Source of the DNA: an uncultured Armatimonadetes bacterium
Lineage (GTDB): Bacteria; Armatimonadota; UBA5829; DTJY01
Length of the DNA: 64,000 nucleotides
Assembly: GCA_963717145.1 (NCBI GenBank)
Contig: OY970325.1
Span: 3,680,001-3,744,000, forward strand
Direction: 5' to 3'
Below the pieces are notes generated by a model. It was not told where the DNA came from, made no database searches, and saw only the letters and a list, made by a program, of their open reading frames with translations. The translations under genes and the position numbers were made by a program. This document shows positions 29,099-38,390 of the stretch, piece after piece (position 1 is the first letter of the stretch; every line of letters starts with the position of its first letter).

Positions 29099-30205
29099 CT
29101 ACTCCCTCGCGGTGATCTTCCCGCCACGGTGGAAGACGCCAGCAGTCAACCCGCGATCTGAGGCCATCCGATCGAGAAGAAGCTCCTGGGGCACGGCGCA
29201 CGCGAGTGAGAAAAGCTCCGAGTCGCCCGGCCTGAGGACGATGCTCACCATGTTCTGATGACCCTCGACCTCGACGGCAGTCATAAGCACGACCTTGCTC
29301 CCCAGTTCCGCCATCTCGCGCGCCATGCCCCTCACAAGGGCGCCGCCGGTTCCCTCAGGCGCAAACATGATGGCATAGTGGCCCGGGCCCGCGACCTCGA
29401 ATGGCCCGTGCCTCATGCTTCCGCCAGGCATCGCGGTCGTGAAGAGATGCGCTCCCTCCTGGAATGTAAGCGCTGCCTGCCTCGCCGCGGCCATCGTCGG
29501 CCCGCGCGAGATGAAGTAGACGGTCTTCGCGTCCCTCAGCAGGTCGGCGGCTTGATCTATTGCTTCCCTGCAGCCGTAGGGGAGGCCTTCAACGGCCTCC
29601 CGGGCCGGGAGGCCGTTGAAGGCCTCCCCTACGGCTGCAGGGAAGCGGTCCATCCCATCGGCGACGCTCTGCAGATCATCGAAGAGCGGCGTCCAATCCT
29701 GGCAGGCCAGCGCCCGGCTGAGGAGGAGCAGCACCGCCATGCTATTCGTGTAAGTCTTGTTCGAGATCGTCGCCTCGTCACCGGCGCGCATCGGAAGATC
29801 GATGCGCGAGCGCCAGGCCATCGTGCTCCCGGAGTCGTTTGTCACCGAGATCAGACCTGTATGCTCCCTCAGGCGCTCGACGACGCTCCGGGTCTCGATG
29901 CTCTCCCCCGACTGCGAGATGGCGACGACCACGTCATCGTCTCTGATGCTGTCCATCCCGCTGTGAAGCAGTTCGCCTGCCTCCCACATGACCACCGGCG
30001 CCGCAAACTTGTCCCCGAGGTAGTCGCGCACGACGAGCGGCACGAACTCCGAGGTCCCCATGCCCGTGAAGATAACGCTCCTCGGCCGCCGCGATGCCAT
30101 TCTGCCCGCGCAGGTCAGCAGTTCACCGCCTCTGCTGCTCCGATAGAACTCGATCAGGTCGCGCAGAACCTTGCCCTGTTCAGCAACTTCATCCAGGAAA
30201 GCCAT
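29099..30205 (-). CDS. SIS-domain sugar-phosphate isomerase (GlmS/FrlB-like) with in-frame palindrome insertion
   Basis: TGMGTS, ISQSGES.ET, KTYT, RHGP.E. Confidence 0.88.
   Translation of the reverse strand: MAFLDEVAEQGKVLRDLIEFYRSSRGGELLTCAGRMASRRPRSVIFTGMGTSEFVPLVVRDYLGDKFAAPVVMWEAGELLHSGMDSIRDDDVVVAISQSGESIETRSVVERLREHTGLISVTNDSGSTMAWRSRIDLPMRAGDEATISNKTYTNSMAVLLLLSRALACQDWTPLFDDLQSVADGMDRFPAAVGEAFNGLPAREAVEGLPYGCREAIDQAADLLRDAKTVYFISRGPTMAAARQAALTFQEGAHLFTTAMPGGSMRHGPFEVAGPGHYAIMFAPEGTGGALVRGMAREMAELGSKVVLMTAVEVEGHQNMVSIVLRPGDSELFSLACAVPQELLLDRMASDRGLTAGVFHRGGKITARE
29562..29646. repeat. GTAG-type REPIN, family B, inside coding sequence
   Basis: gtaggggaggccttcaacggcctccc-gggcc-inverse (29576-29632, 57 bp) plus 14 bp inverted flanks. 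Confidence 0.9.
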
Positions 30206-30288
30206 CGTTCTCCCTCCATTCTGCGCATATTGTAGCTGGAATGCGCCCGCTTGTCACGAAGGAAATTCGACCCGGTGAGCGGAAACCT

Positions 30289-30351
30289 GTAGTGGCCGTG
30301 CCTCTGTGCCGGCCAGCGGGGGTCAGGCCGGCACAGAGGCACGGCCACTAC
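30289..30351. repeat. GTAG-type REPIN, family A copy 2
   Basis: Same arm with a compensated c>t / g>a change; 11 bp spacer. Confidence 0.9.
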
Positions 30352-30378
30352 GGATAGGCACCACACCGGAGGAACACA

Positions 30379-31545
30379 ATGAACCGAATCATCATAATCG
30401 CCCTTGCGGCGATCATCCTGCTCGGCGGGATGGCATCGGCGGCTCAATACCGCGAGCTGTCGGCGGATACCTACATGGACAAGATGAAAGGCGGATGGCT
30501 CGGCCAGGCGATCGGCGTCGTCTACGGCGGACCCACCGAGTTCAAAGCGAAATACCGCATCTTCGAGGAGGAGATCAAGCCCTGGAAGCCCGCGCGCATC
30601 GTCGAGTCCCTGGGCCAGGACGACCTCTATGTCGAGATGAGCTTCCTGGAGGCGATCGAGGAATACGGCCTCGACATCACGAATGAGCAGGCCGGAGCCG
30701 CGTTCGCAGACACCGAATTCCCACTCTGGCATGCGAATAATGAAGGCCGCGAGAACGTTCGCAAGGGAATCATGCCGCCGGATTCCGGGGATGTCAAGAA
30801 TAACCCGCACTGCGACGACATCGACTTCCAGATCGAGGCTGACCTGTTCGGCCTGCTCAACCCCGGGATGCCCCAGTCGTCGAACGCCATCTGCGATCGC
30901 TTTGGCCGAATGGTGAACTACGGTGACGGTCTCTATGGCGGGCTGTTCGTTGCGGCAATGTACTCCCACGCGTTCTTCGAGACGGACATAGAAAAGGTGA
31001 TCCAACTGGGCCTGAAGTCGATCCCGGTCGGGAGCACCTACTCGATGTGCATCCGCGACGTGATCCGGTGGCACAAGAAGAACCCGACCGACTGGCGTGC
31101 GACCTGGCAGCTCATCGAGACAAAGTACGACCTGCGTCCCAGCGGACGATGCTCTCGAGTGCCGGAGATCAACATCGATGCCAAACTCAACGGCGCATAT
31201 ATCATCATGGGCCTGCTGTACGGCGATGGCGACATCGAGAAGACGCTCGAGATCTCGACACGCTGCGGCCAGGATTCGGACTGCAATCCCTCGAACGCGA
31301 TGGGCATCCTGGCGACGATCAAAGGGATGAGCGGCCTCCCGGAGAAGTACACGTCCGGCATGCCCGCCATGGCCGGGAAGCAGTTCAGAAACGTCCACTA
31401 CACCTTCGATGATGTTGTGGAGACGACCGCGAAGTTCGCCCGGGAGCAGGTCACGCGCGCAGGCGGATCAATAGACATGGTGGGCGGCCGGGAAGTGTTC
31501 CGGATCCCAGTCCAGCATCCCAGGGCCGCGAAGCTGGAGCGCTAG
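30379..31545 (+). CDS. Secreted ADP-ribosylglycohydrolase family protein
   Basis: Signal peptide; GGWLGQ.IG, QDDLY, CGQDSDCN. Confidence 0.85.
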   Translation: MNRIIIIALAAIILLGGMASAAQYRELSADTYMDKMKGGWLGQAIGVVYGGPTEFKAKYRIFEEEIKPWKPARIVESLGQDDLYVEMSFLEAIEEYGLDITNEQAGAAFADTEFPLWHANNEGRENVRKGIMPPDSGDVKNNPHCDDIDFQIEADLFGLLNPGMPQSSNAICDRFGRMVNYGDGLYGGLFVAAMYSHAFFETDIEKVIQLGLKSIPVGSTYSMCIRDVIRWHKKNPTDWRATWQLIETKYDLRPSGRCSRVPEINIDAKLNGAYIIMGLLYGDGDIEKTLEISTRCGQDSDCNPSNAMGILATIKGMSGLPEKYTSGMPAMAGKQFRNVHYTFDDVVETTAKFAREQVTRAGGSIDMVGGREVFRIPVQHPRAAKLER

Positions 31546-31584
31546 ACATCTCTATCAGTCGTCTACACAGTGGCTTCGAAATGC

Positions 31585-31610
31585 TGAAACATCTCGGGGC
31601 CACTGTCGTA
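31585..31610 (+). promoter_or_regulatory. ECF-type promoter (SigW/SigM-like)
   Basis: TGAAAC-16 bp-CGTA upstream of a secreted-protein gene. Confidence 0.55.
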
Positions 31611-31668
31611 CTCACATACTGAGATACCAATTCACTGACCTACCGACTGATCGACAGGAGTGATCACC

Positions 31669-32757
31669 ATGCGTGCGGTCTTGCTTGCTGTAGTGCTCAC
31701 AAGTCTGTTTGCCTCAGTTGCCTGCGCCAATGATACCGCCCTCGGCGCGGTCGGAGGCGTCCTCCAGCCGATGAATCAGCACCCATCGGTACAGATGGTC
31801 TCCGAGGAGATCCATATCAAGCTCATGCCGGACGATGTCGCCGTGACATGCAGGTTCGTCTTCAAGAACACCGGCGGGCCGGTGACCGTCAAGATGGGCT
31901 TCCCCGAGGATCACGGCGGCGGAGGCGGAAGCGGGTTCAAGTACTTCAACTCGAGGGTGGACGGCAAGCCCGTGAAGGCCAGGCACGAGCGAGGCAAGTG
32001 GACAGACGACACTGAAGGGCGTGACTGGTACGTCAAAGACGTGCGCTTCGAGCGTGATCAGACCCGCGTTGTCGAGGACTCGTACGGCGGGATGGCGGGC
32101 TCCGACAGCATGGGGGAGATCCGCTACGCGAGGTACGTGTTGACCACCGGCAAGCCCTGGCTAGGCAAAATCGGGAAGGCCGTCATCACGGTGGACACGT
32201 CCGCTATCCGCGATTACCAGACGATTCGCGCCACTCCGAAGGGCTACTCGCGGAAGGGCAACACCATCACGTGGACCTTTACCGACTTCGAGCCGAAGGA
32301 GGACATCGACATCCCATACTGGCCCGGCTTCTCACGTATGGTGATAGATGGCCGAGACTTGTCGACCGATTCCAACTTCTTCATAGGGGAGAGAGGTCCG
32401 CTCGCATTCCGTGCAGTCGAAGGTAAGCGAACGTGGCCGGTCGCTTCGCGCATCGAGAAGGGAGTACTCGTGGCTCCTGCCGGCCTACTGTATGCTCTGC
32501 TTGGTGTGCAGGCGAGTGTCGCGAAGGACGGTCGGACGGCCACGGTCAGCCATGGGAATCGGAGTATCCGAGTGACCGTCGGCAGCCGGACCGCGGTGAT
32601 GGGCGGCGAGCAGATCAGGCTTCCGATGCCGGCCTACCTCTACCACCGGGAGCTGATGGTTCCGGTTGCTGCAGTGGGCAAAGCACTCGGCGCGAAGGTC
32701 CGGTATGACTACTCGACAGGCAAGGTGCACATCAAGCGGCTGAAGCCACTCGACTGA
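31669..32757 (+). CDS. Secreted DUF4424-like protein with C-terminal copper amine oxidase N-terminal (stalk) domain
   Basis: AND..., VQMVSEEI, MGFP, YVLTTG..W.G.IG; LMVPV..V..ALGAKV. Confidence 0.7.
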   Translation: MRAVLLAVVLTSLFASVACANDTALGAVGGVLQPMNQHPSVQMVSEEIHIKLMPDDVAVTCRFVFKNTGGPVTVKMGFPEDHGGGGGSGFKYFNSRVDGKPVKARHERGKWTDDTEGRDWYVKDVRFERDQTRVVEDSYGGMAGSDSMGEIRYARYVLTTGKPWLGKIGKAVITVDTSAIRDYQTIRATPKGYSRKGNTITWTFTDFEPKEDIDIPYWPGFSRMVIDGRDLSTDSNFFIGERGPLAFRAVEGKRTWPVASRIEKGVLVAPAGLLYALLGVQASVAKDGRTATVSHGNRSIRVTVGSRTAVMGGEQIRLPMPAYLYHRELMVPVAAVGKALGAKVRYDYSTGKVHIKRLKPLD

Positions 32758-32794
32758 CCCCGCAGTCGTTCGCAGACTCGAATTGCCGACGAAT

Positions 32795-32824
32795 TTGACT
32801 TTTCGCGATCCTACGCAGTATACT
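32795..32824 (+). promoter_or_regulatory. Sigma70 promoter of rplY
   Basis: TTGACT-18 bp-TATACT. Confidence 0.55.
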
Positions 32825-32885
32825 ACGCTTTGGCGTATCGCCCAAGAAGTATTTACACCCGCATTTGAGCAGGAGGTTTACGTCT

Positions 32886-33539
32886 ATGAGACTCGCACTC
32901 CAGGCGGAGACGAGGAAAGATTTCCGCAAGAGCTACACCAAGAAGCTCCGAAACGACGGCAAGATACCGGCGACGGTCTATGGCAAAGGCCTTGAGTCGA
33001 AGTCGCTGCAACTCGAACTGGAGGCAATGGTCCAGCTTCTCAAGACGCCGGGCGGACGGCTTGCCCTTATCGACCTCAAGGTTGATGGCAAGACCGAGAA
33101 GGCTCACCCGGTGATGATCCAGACGATCCAGCGAGAGCCGATCGGCAAGAAGATCAGGCACGTGGATTTCCATCGGATCTCGATGGATGTAGCGGTCACG
33201 GCACTCGTTCCGGTCACGCTGGTCGGTACGGCTGCAGGTATTATCGAAGGCGGAGTCGTCGAACAGCCCACGAGCGATCTGCACGTCAAGGCGCTTCCGG
33301 ACAGGATCCCGACGCACATCGATGTGGACATCTCGCATCTCGGAGTCGGTGACTCCGTCCATGTGAAGGACATCCAACTCGGAGAGGGCATCGAGATCAT
33401 CGCCGCGGAAGATAACGTCGTAGTCCAGTGCCGCATGCCGCACGTTCGGGCCGAGGAAGCTGCACCTGAGGTCGAGGAAGTGGCAGAGGCTGCTGCTGTT
33501 GAGCCTGGCGCAGAAGAGAAGACCGAAAAGGCTGAGTGA
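32886..33539 (+). CDS. rplY: 50S ribosomal protein L25 / Ctc
   Basis: LR.DGKIPATVYG, IQ..P....RHVDF, IP.HIDVDISHL.VGDSVHV.DI. Confidence 0.95.
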   Translation: MRLALQAETRKDFRKSYTKKLRNDGKIPATVYGKGLESKSLQLELEAMVQLLKTPGGRLALIDLKVDGKTEKAHPVMIQTIQREPIGKKIRHVDFHRISMDVAVTALVPVTLVGTAAGIIEGGVVEQPTSDLHVKALPDRIPTHIDVDISHLGVGDSVHVKDIQLGEGIEIIAAEDNVVVQCRMPHVRAEEAAPEVEEVAEAAAVEPGAEEKTEKAE

Positions 33540-33557
33540 TCTGATCCGGCGTTCAGT

Positions 33558-33588
33558 CCCGCCGCCCTCTTCGGAGAGGGCGGCGGGG
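33558..33588. terminator. GC-rich hairpin between convergent rplY and rex-like gene
   Basis: cccgccgccctc-ttcgga-gagggcggcggg. Confidence 0.65.
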
Positions 33589-33591
33589 CAA

Positions 33592-34536
33592 CTAACCTTC
33601 CCTGCTTCTCCCACCGCAGTAGTATGAGAGCGCCGACAACTCGGCAACCACATCCACATTTCGCACGATGATCCCGGAAGGCGCCACGAGTATCGCCGAC
33701 GTCAGGTTGAGGATCGCCTTCACTCCCGCCATCACCAGCGTATCTGCGACGACCTGAGCCTCCTCCGCCGGAACGTCGACCACCGCGCCCTGTGCCCCAA
33801 GTGACCTGACCTTCTCCGAAAGCGCACTGATCGGATACACCTTCATCCCGGCAACGATCTGACCGGCGGAGGCCTCATCAGTGCTGAAGACTGCGGTGAC
33901 GAAGCAGTTCTGCTGTGCGAACCGCTCGATCAGCGAGGGGTCCTCCGCCAGCCTCTGCGGGCCGACCCAGACGATCGTCTTGGAGTTGTCCAGGTGGAGA
34001 ATCTGCTCCAGGTGGTCTCGAAGGAATACCGTATCATAGCCGATCGAGGGCCTTCCGAACGCGCCGAAATGGCTGAGATCACGCCTGATCAGGCCGGGCT
34101 TCACTCCCACCTTGCGCCCTATGTCCTGAGATGACACTCGGTTGATCTCCTGATCGAGGAAACCGTTCAGCGCCACAAGGTACCACCGCAGACGGGTGAC
34201 CGTCCGGTCGGATACCTTCCTCTCACCGGGCGCGGACGGCTCGACAGTTTGTCTGGACCCGTAGAAGTCCGCGAGCTTCCTGCTGAAGTTCCGCGGCTTT
34301 TCGAACTGCTCGCGGACGGGGCATGCCATTTCGAGATTGTGTGGGAAAGGACAGACGGTTGACGTACATGAAGTGCAGGATGCGAAGCCTTTGGTCTGAG
34401 TACACATGAAGATAGCACACGGCTCCCGGCCGTCAGACTTGACGATGAGGTTTCCCGCCTCGCATCCGGGACAGCGTCCCTTGACAAGATGGTTACAAGT
34501 ATTGCAATCGAAGATCCCACAATGAGCAAATTCCAC
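33592..34536 (-). CDS. rex: Rex-family repressor with N-terminal Cys-rich DUF3795-like domain and degenerate NAD(H)-binding fold
   Basis: wHTH RL..YL..L...SS..I......IRRDLSHFG.FG...GY; C-terminal VPAEEAQ.VAD.LV.AGVKAILN...NVD; 11 Cys in the first 70 aa. Confidence 0.88.
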   Translation of the reverse strand: MEFAHCGIFDCNTCNHLVKGRCPGCEAGNLIVKSDGREPCAIFMCTQTKGFASCTSCTSTVCPFPHNLEMACPVREQFEKPRNFSRKLADFYGSRQTVEPSAPGERKVSDRTVTRLRWYLVALNGFLDQEINRVSSQDIGRKVGVKPGLIRRDLSHFGAFGRPSIGYDTVFLRDHLEQILHLDNSKTIVWVGPQRLAEDPSLIERFAQQNCFVTAVFSTDEASAGQIVAGMKVYPISALSEKVRSLGAQGAVVDVPAEEAQVVADTLVMAGVKAILNLTSAILVAPSGIIVRNVDVVAELSALSYYCGGRSREG

Positions 34537-34564
34537 GGCGCTATCCCCTCTTTCTCATGCCTCT

Positions 34565-34582
34565 TTGTGAAATATTGCACAA
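34565..34582. promoter_or_regulatory. Rex operator 1
   Basis: TTGTGAAATATTGCACAA, close to the TTGTGAA-n4-TTCACAA consensus. Confidence 0.85.
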
Positions 34583-34596
34583 TTAGGCTTCCGCGT

Positions 34597-34614
34597 TTGT
34601 GCAATATTGCACAA
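34597..34614. promoter_or_regulatory. Rex operator 2
   Basis: Perfect palindrome TTGTGCAATATTGCACAA just downstream of the -10 element. Confidence 0.85.
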
Positions 34615-34624
34615 ACTCACCACC

Positions 34625-34653
34625 ATTATATGCCGTCGCCGGAAAAGTGTCAA
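34625..34653 (-). promoter_or_regulatory. Consensus sigma70 promoter of the rex-like gene
   Basis: TTGACA-17 bp-TATAAT exact match. Confidence 0.9.
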
Positions 34654-34730
34654 GCGGTTTTGTGCGAAAAGTAACCACTTGTGAAAAAAACAAGTACCTG
34701 GTAATAATACCAGTTTTTGCCCCGGAGGTA

Positions 34731-34759
34731 TTGACGGTTGACGAATTCGGTTGTAGACT
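34731..34759 (+). promoter_or_regulatory. Sigma70 promoter for the PEP-CTERM gene
   Basis: TTGACG-17 bp-TAGACT. Confidence 0.6.
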
Positions 34760-34900
34760 AGTAGCGTGCAACCCGAACCGACCCAATGCTGCTCCATGCG
34801 TGGGCAGGTCGCTGGGCGGAATCGGGTGGTAGAAGAGGGTCACCTCGATGTGATCCCACGGTACTTGTTGTTCCGCCGCATAGGCGGAAAGGAGAAAAAG

Positions 34901-35555
34901 ATGAGAATACGAGCAACAATTGTTGCAACAGTCATCCTGCTGCTGGCGCTGTCGCTTAGTGCACATGCCGTCATCAACGTGGGTGACTCGTGGTCCTACT
35001 GCCTGAGAGCGCCCGGCCAGTCCGGTGTCACAGCTGCGGTTATGAACCCCGAGTTCACATTCGTTCGGCGCCGTCGGCAACAGCTCTGCTGCATTGGCTA
35101 CAAGCCTGGGAGTGCCGGCGCTCGAGTACGGCCTCTACATCAGCAGCAACGTTCCCGTTGTTGGCGTGAGAACAGGCACGTGGACGGTGGGCCTGCCGGC
35201 CGCCGGCACGTATCAGGTATTCGTGGCCTGGGGTGCGACCACCAGCGGCAAGACGAATGCCAAGCATGTGGTCACCTACGACGGAGGGACGTCTACTTCG
35301 CTCCTCGACCAGCTTGCTGCCGCGAACAAGAACGTCTGGAACTCGCTCGGCACGTTCCACTTCCTGACTGGCGCCGGCAATGAAGCCAAGGTAAAGCTCA
35401 CGAACGACAATCAGAGCACCAGTGGCTCCCTGTACCTGGGCGCAGTCAAGTTCCAGGTCGTGACGCTCGATCCCGTTCCTGAGCCGAGCAGCCTGCTCGC
35501 ACTCGGAACCGGCCTCGTTGGAATGCTCGGCCTGATCAGAAGGCGCAGAGCCTAA
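34901..35555 (+). CDS. PEP-CTERM surface protein with golvesin/CBM-like domain; one frameshift near 35063
   Basis: RBS and signal peptide in one frame; AGTYQVFVAW, DQ....VWNSLGTF.F, VPEPSSLLALGTGL...RRRR in the next; removing 1 base restores TFVGAVGNS. Confidence 0.85.
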
Positions 35556-35582
35556 GAAGATCCCGCACGAAATAGTACGACG

Positions 35583-35619
35583 AAAACCGCCGGGCCCCAA
35601 ACCCGGCGGTTTTCTTTTT
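35583..35619. terminator. Bidirectional intrinsic terminator
   Basis: aaaaccgccggg-cccca-aacccggcggtttt-cttttt between convergent genes. Confidence 0.8.
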
Positions 35620-35650
35620 GCGGGAGTGTTCTCCGGTTAGCGACCTACCG

Positions 35651-36130
35651 TCAAGCATTACGCTCCAGCATGTCGGTGTAGATTCCCGGCTTGCTGTCCG
35701 GGATGATCGTCGCGCCGGAGCACTTCTCGTAGAATCCGGTCGGCCCTGCGCCGCCGATGATCGCGTAGGCGTACCCCATCTCATACATCGCCCTCAGGCA
35801 GGCGAGATAGAGCGCCTTGCCGATCCCCTTCCCCCGGTACGACTCCAGGACGCCCGTCGGGCCGAAGAAGTCGCGTCGGGTGCACTCGTAGCATGCGAAC
35901 CCGATGATCTTTTTCTCGTGCGTGGCGATGAAGCAGCTTCGAGGGTGCTGGTAGCAGCCGATCATCGCCTCATCCGCCCATAGCTCAGAGAAGTTGTCGA
36001 GCACGAACCGCCGAAGTGCCGATCCCTCGTACGACGCGACTCTCCGGATCGTGATCCCTTCGGCCTTCAGCCTCTCCACGTCATCGCTGTCGTCGGGGAT
36101 GGTGTACAGCTTCACAAGCATATCGGGCAT
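35651..36130 (-). CDS. GNAT-family N-acetyltransferase
   Basis: FGPTGV.ESYRGKGIGKAL, GY.YAIIG, FYEK. Confidence 0.9.
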   Translation of the reverse strand: MPDMLVKLYTIPDDSDDVERLKAEGITIRRVASYEGSALRRFVLDNFSELWADEAMIGCYQHPRSCFIATHEKKIIGFACYECTRRDFFGPTGVLESYRGKGIGKALYLACLRAMYEMGYAYAIIGGAGPTGFYEKCSGATIIPDSKPGIYTDMLERNA

Positions 36131-36258
36131 GTCTGACTCCTACTCCTACTCATACTCATACTCGTACTCATATCCGGGCGAAGCATTGGCGTTGGCCACG
36201 AAAGCCCGGTGAAGTCAGAAGGGCCAATGCTGTCGCCCCTACTGCCTGCGGGCGTGTC

Positions 36259-36323
36259 GTAGTGGCCGTGCCTCCGTGCCGGCCGTGTCGCGTTGCAGGC
36301 CGGCACGGAGGCACGGCCACTAC
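36259..36323. repeat. GTAG-type REPIN, family A copy 3
   Basis: Identical 26 bp arms, 13 bp spacer. Confidence 0.9.
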
Positions 36324-36334
36324 ATGGTCAGGCG

Positions 36335-38320
36335 TCAAGATCCGGCATACCACTGAGCGATCCGCTTCTCGCGCTCATCGCCGGTCGAATAGCGCTTCAT
36401 CAGGCCATCGAATCCCTTGTACATGTTGAGCGCGGCATCCTCGTACATCTTCAGGATCGCCGCCCGCTTCTCCGGCGTGAACTGCGGCGTATCCATCGAG
36501 GCCCGAGTCCGATACGCCTCGAACGCCCGGAGCGCTTCCGCCAGGTACGCCTTCTCGTACTCAGCGCCGGAAGTCTCGTCAAGCTTCCTCAGCATTGCCG
36601 TCAGCGCCTCGAACGGCTTACGGAGGCTCACGGGAAGCTCCGCAGGTTTGGTCTCTCCCCGCGTCTCCGCGTCCCCGAGTCTCTGCGTCTCTCCCACTCC
36701 CCCACTCGTCTTGCCGCCTTCCGTCACTATCTCGACCCGCGCGTTCTTCGGCAGGATGGAGTGTGGCAGAGTAATGTGGTCCGGCGAATCGACCTTCAGC
36801 GCGGTCCCGTTCACCTTGACCGACTGTATCTTCGGCCCGCCGTTCTTCACCGAGATCATGATCCCCTTCTCACCGAACCGGATCGGCTCCTTCTGGGAGT
36901 ACTCAGCGATCGTCGGCGGGATGTGCGGGTAGAGCGTGAGGCTGTCGGCCTTGTAGACGTACTCGAAGAGCCCTCGAACCGTCGCCGCCGGGATTCCGAG
37001 CGTATCGTAGCAGAGGTTCGTCAGCCGGTCCTTGAACCAGACGTCGTTCCCGAAGTCGGTCAGCGGCGCATCCATCTGGTAGTCGGCCGTGAACTTCGCG
37101 AGCTGACGGTTCGACTTGCGGATGTCGTCATACCTGCCGAGCCGGTAGTACCCCATGATCGCGCGGGCCTCCATCGTGGCCCAGAAGCCGCCGTTCACCC
37201 ACCGGCCATACTCGAAGAGGCCGTCCGGATCGCGGCTGCCCCACTTGACGTAGGTGTCGTCGAGTGACGGATAGTTCGTGATCAGGAAATCGTGCGGCCG
37301 AAGGCCTGGGATCGAGGCGATCTTCTTGAAGATGGTCTCCGACCGAGCGTCGTCGACGGCCCGGAAGCAGATCGCATCGACGTTCGGCGCGGCCTCGAAA
37401 TAGCCGTACTTCGAGTGACCGTAGACGCCGTGCTTCGTGCCGTCGGTCTCCATCGACTTGATGAAGTACCCGCCGGGCGCCATCAGGAGGGGCAGGGAAT
37501 CCCTCGTCATCTTCCGACGAGACTCATAGAGCGCGACCTTCTCCTTGTCGCCGACGAGCCGGAACAACTCGACCATGCGATCGCACGCCGCGAGGTAGTT
37601 GACCGAGAGTCCCGCGAGGTACCCATTCCGAACGTGCCGTCCGGCTGCTTGATCCCGCCGTAACTCGGAGCAAGGAGGTTCGCCGCCGGGCCTGCGAGGA
37701 AAAGGCCGTTCTTCGGATCGCGCCGCGTCTCGATGAAGTTGCACGCCCGCTCCAGGTTTGAGAGGTACTTACGGGCGGCCTCCTTGTCGTGGCCGATCAG
37801 AAGAAGCTCCGCCTGCATGACTACTCCGGCCGCCGTGAACTCGAACGCCCAGTCGTGCATGTGCCAGTTGTAGTCGCCCTGGCGGTAGATGGCGGCGTTC
37901 GGAACAGCGGCATCACACAGGCATCCATCCGGCCCGATAAGCTCGGCGAACTGCTCGTAGCCGCCCTTCTTCCCGTCGCCCTGGTTGTTGAACCACATGT
38001 CCTGGGAATGCTGAAGGAAGCTCGAGCCACGGCTCCTGGAGGAACGGGAGCGAGCAGTACGTCGGCCCATAGGAGTTCTGGATCCACCACGCCATCCAGC
38101 TCGGGAAGCCCTCGATCAGGCAGTCCCATTCAGGGTAGTAGAGCATCGAGATGTTCGGCGTGTTCGGGTTCGGATGGAAGTAGCCGAACGACTCGTCGAT
38201 CAGCCGCAGGAACTCCGTGTCGCCCTTCCCGCTGCAGTATTCTCCCTTGAACTCTCCGCCGGAAGCGGTGCATGCGAGTGTGCCAATCATTGCCAACAGA
38301 ATCACCATCCTATGGAACAT
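36335..38320 (-). CDS. Secreted putative glycoside hydrolase ((alpha/alpha)6-like); frameshifts near 38020 and 37625
   Basis: Signal peptide MFHRMVILLAMIG; contiguous reading across three ORFs; YG.WVNGG.W. Confidence 0.6.
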
Positions 38321-38390
38321 GAGGTCATCTCCAGATCCGTCATTGGCTTCATGTTCGATGATCTGAGGGGTATTCCTTCGTGGAGGCGGC

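Noticed and set aside
34659-34695. Additional Rex boxes (ttgtgcgaaaagtaacca, ttgtgaaaaaaacaa)
   Set aside because: Only half-site matches or wrong spacing; not called.
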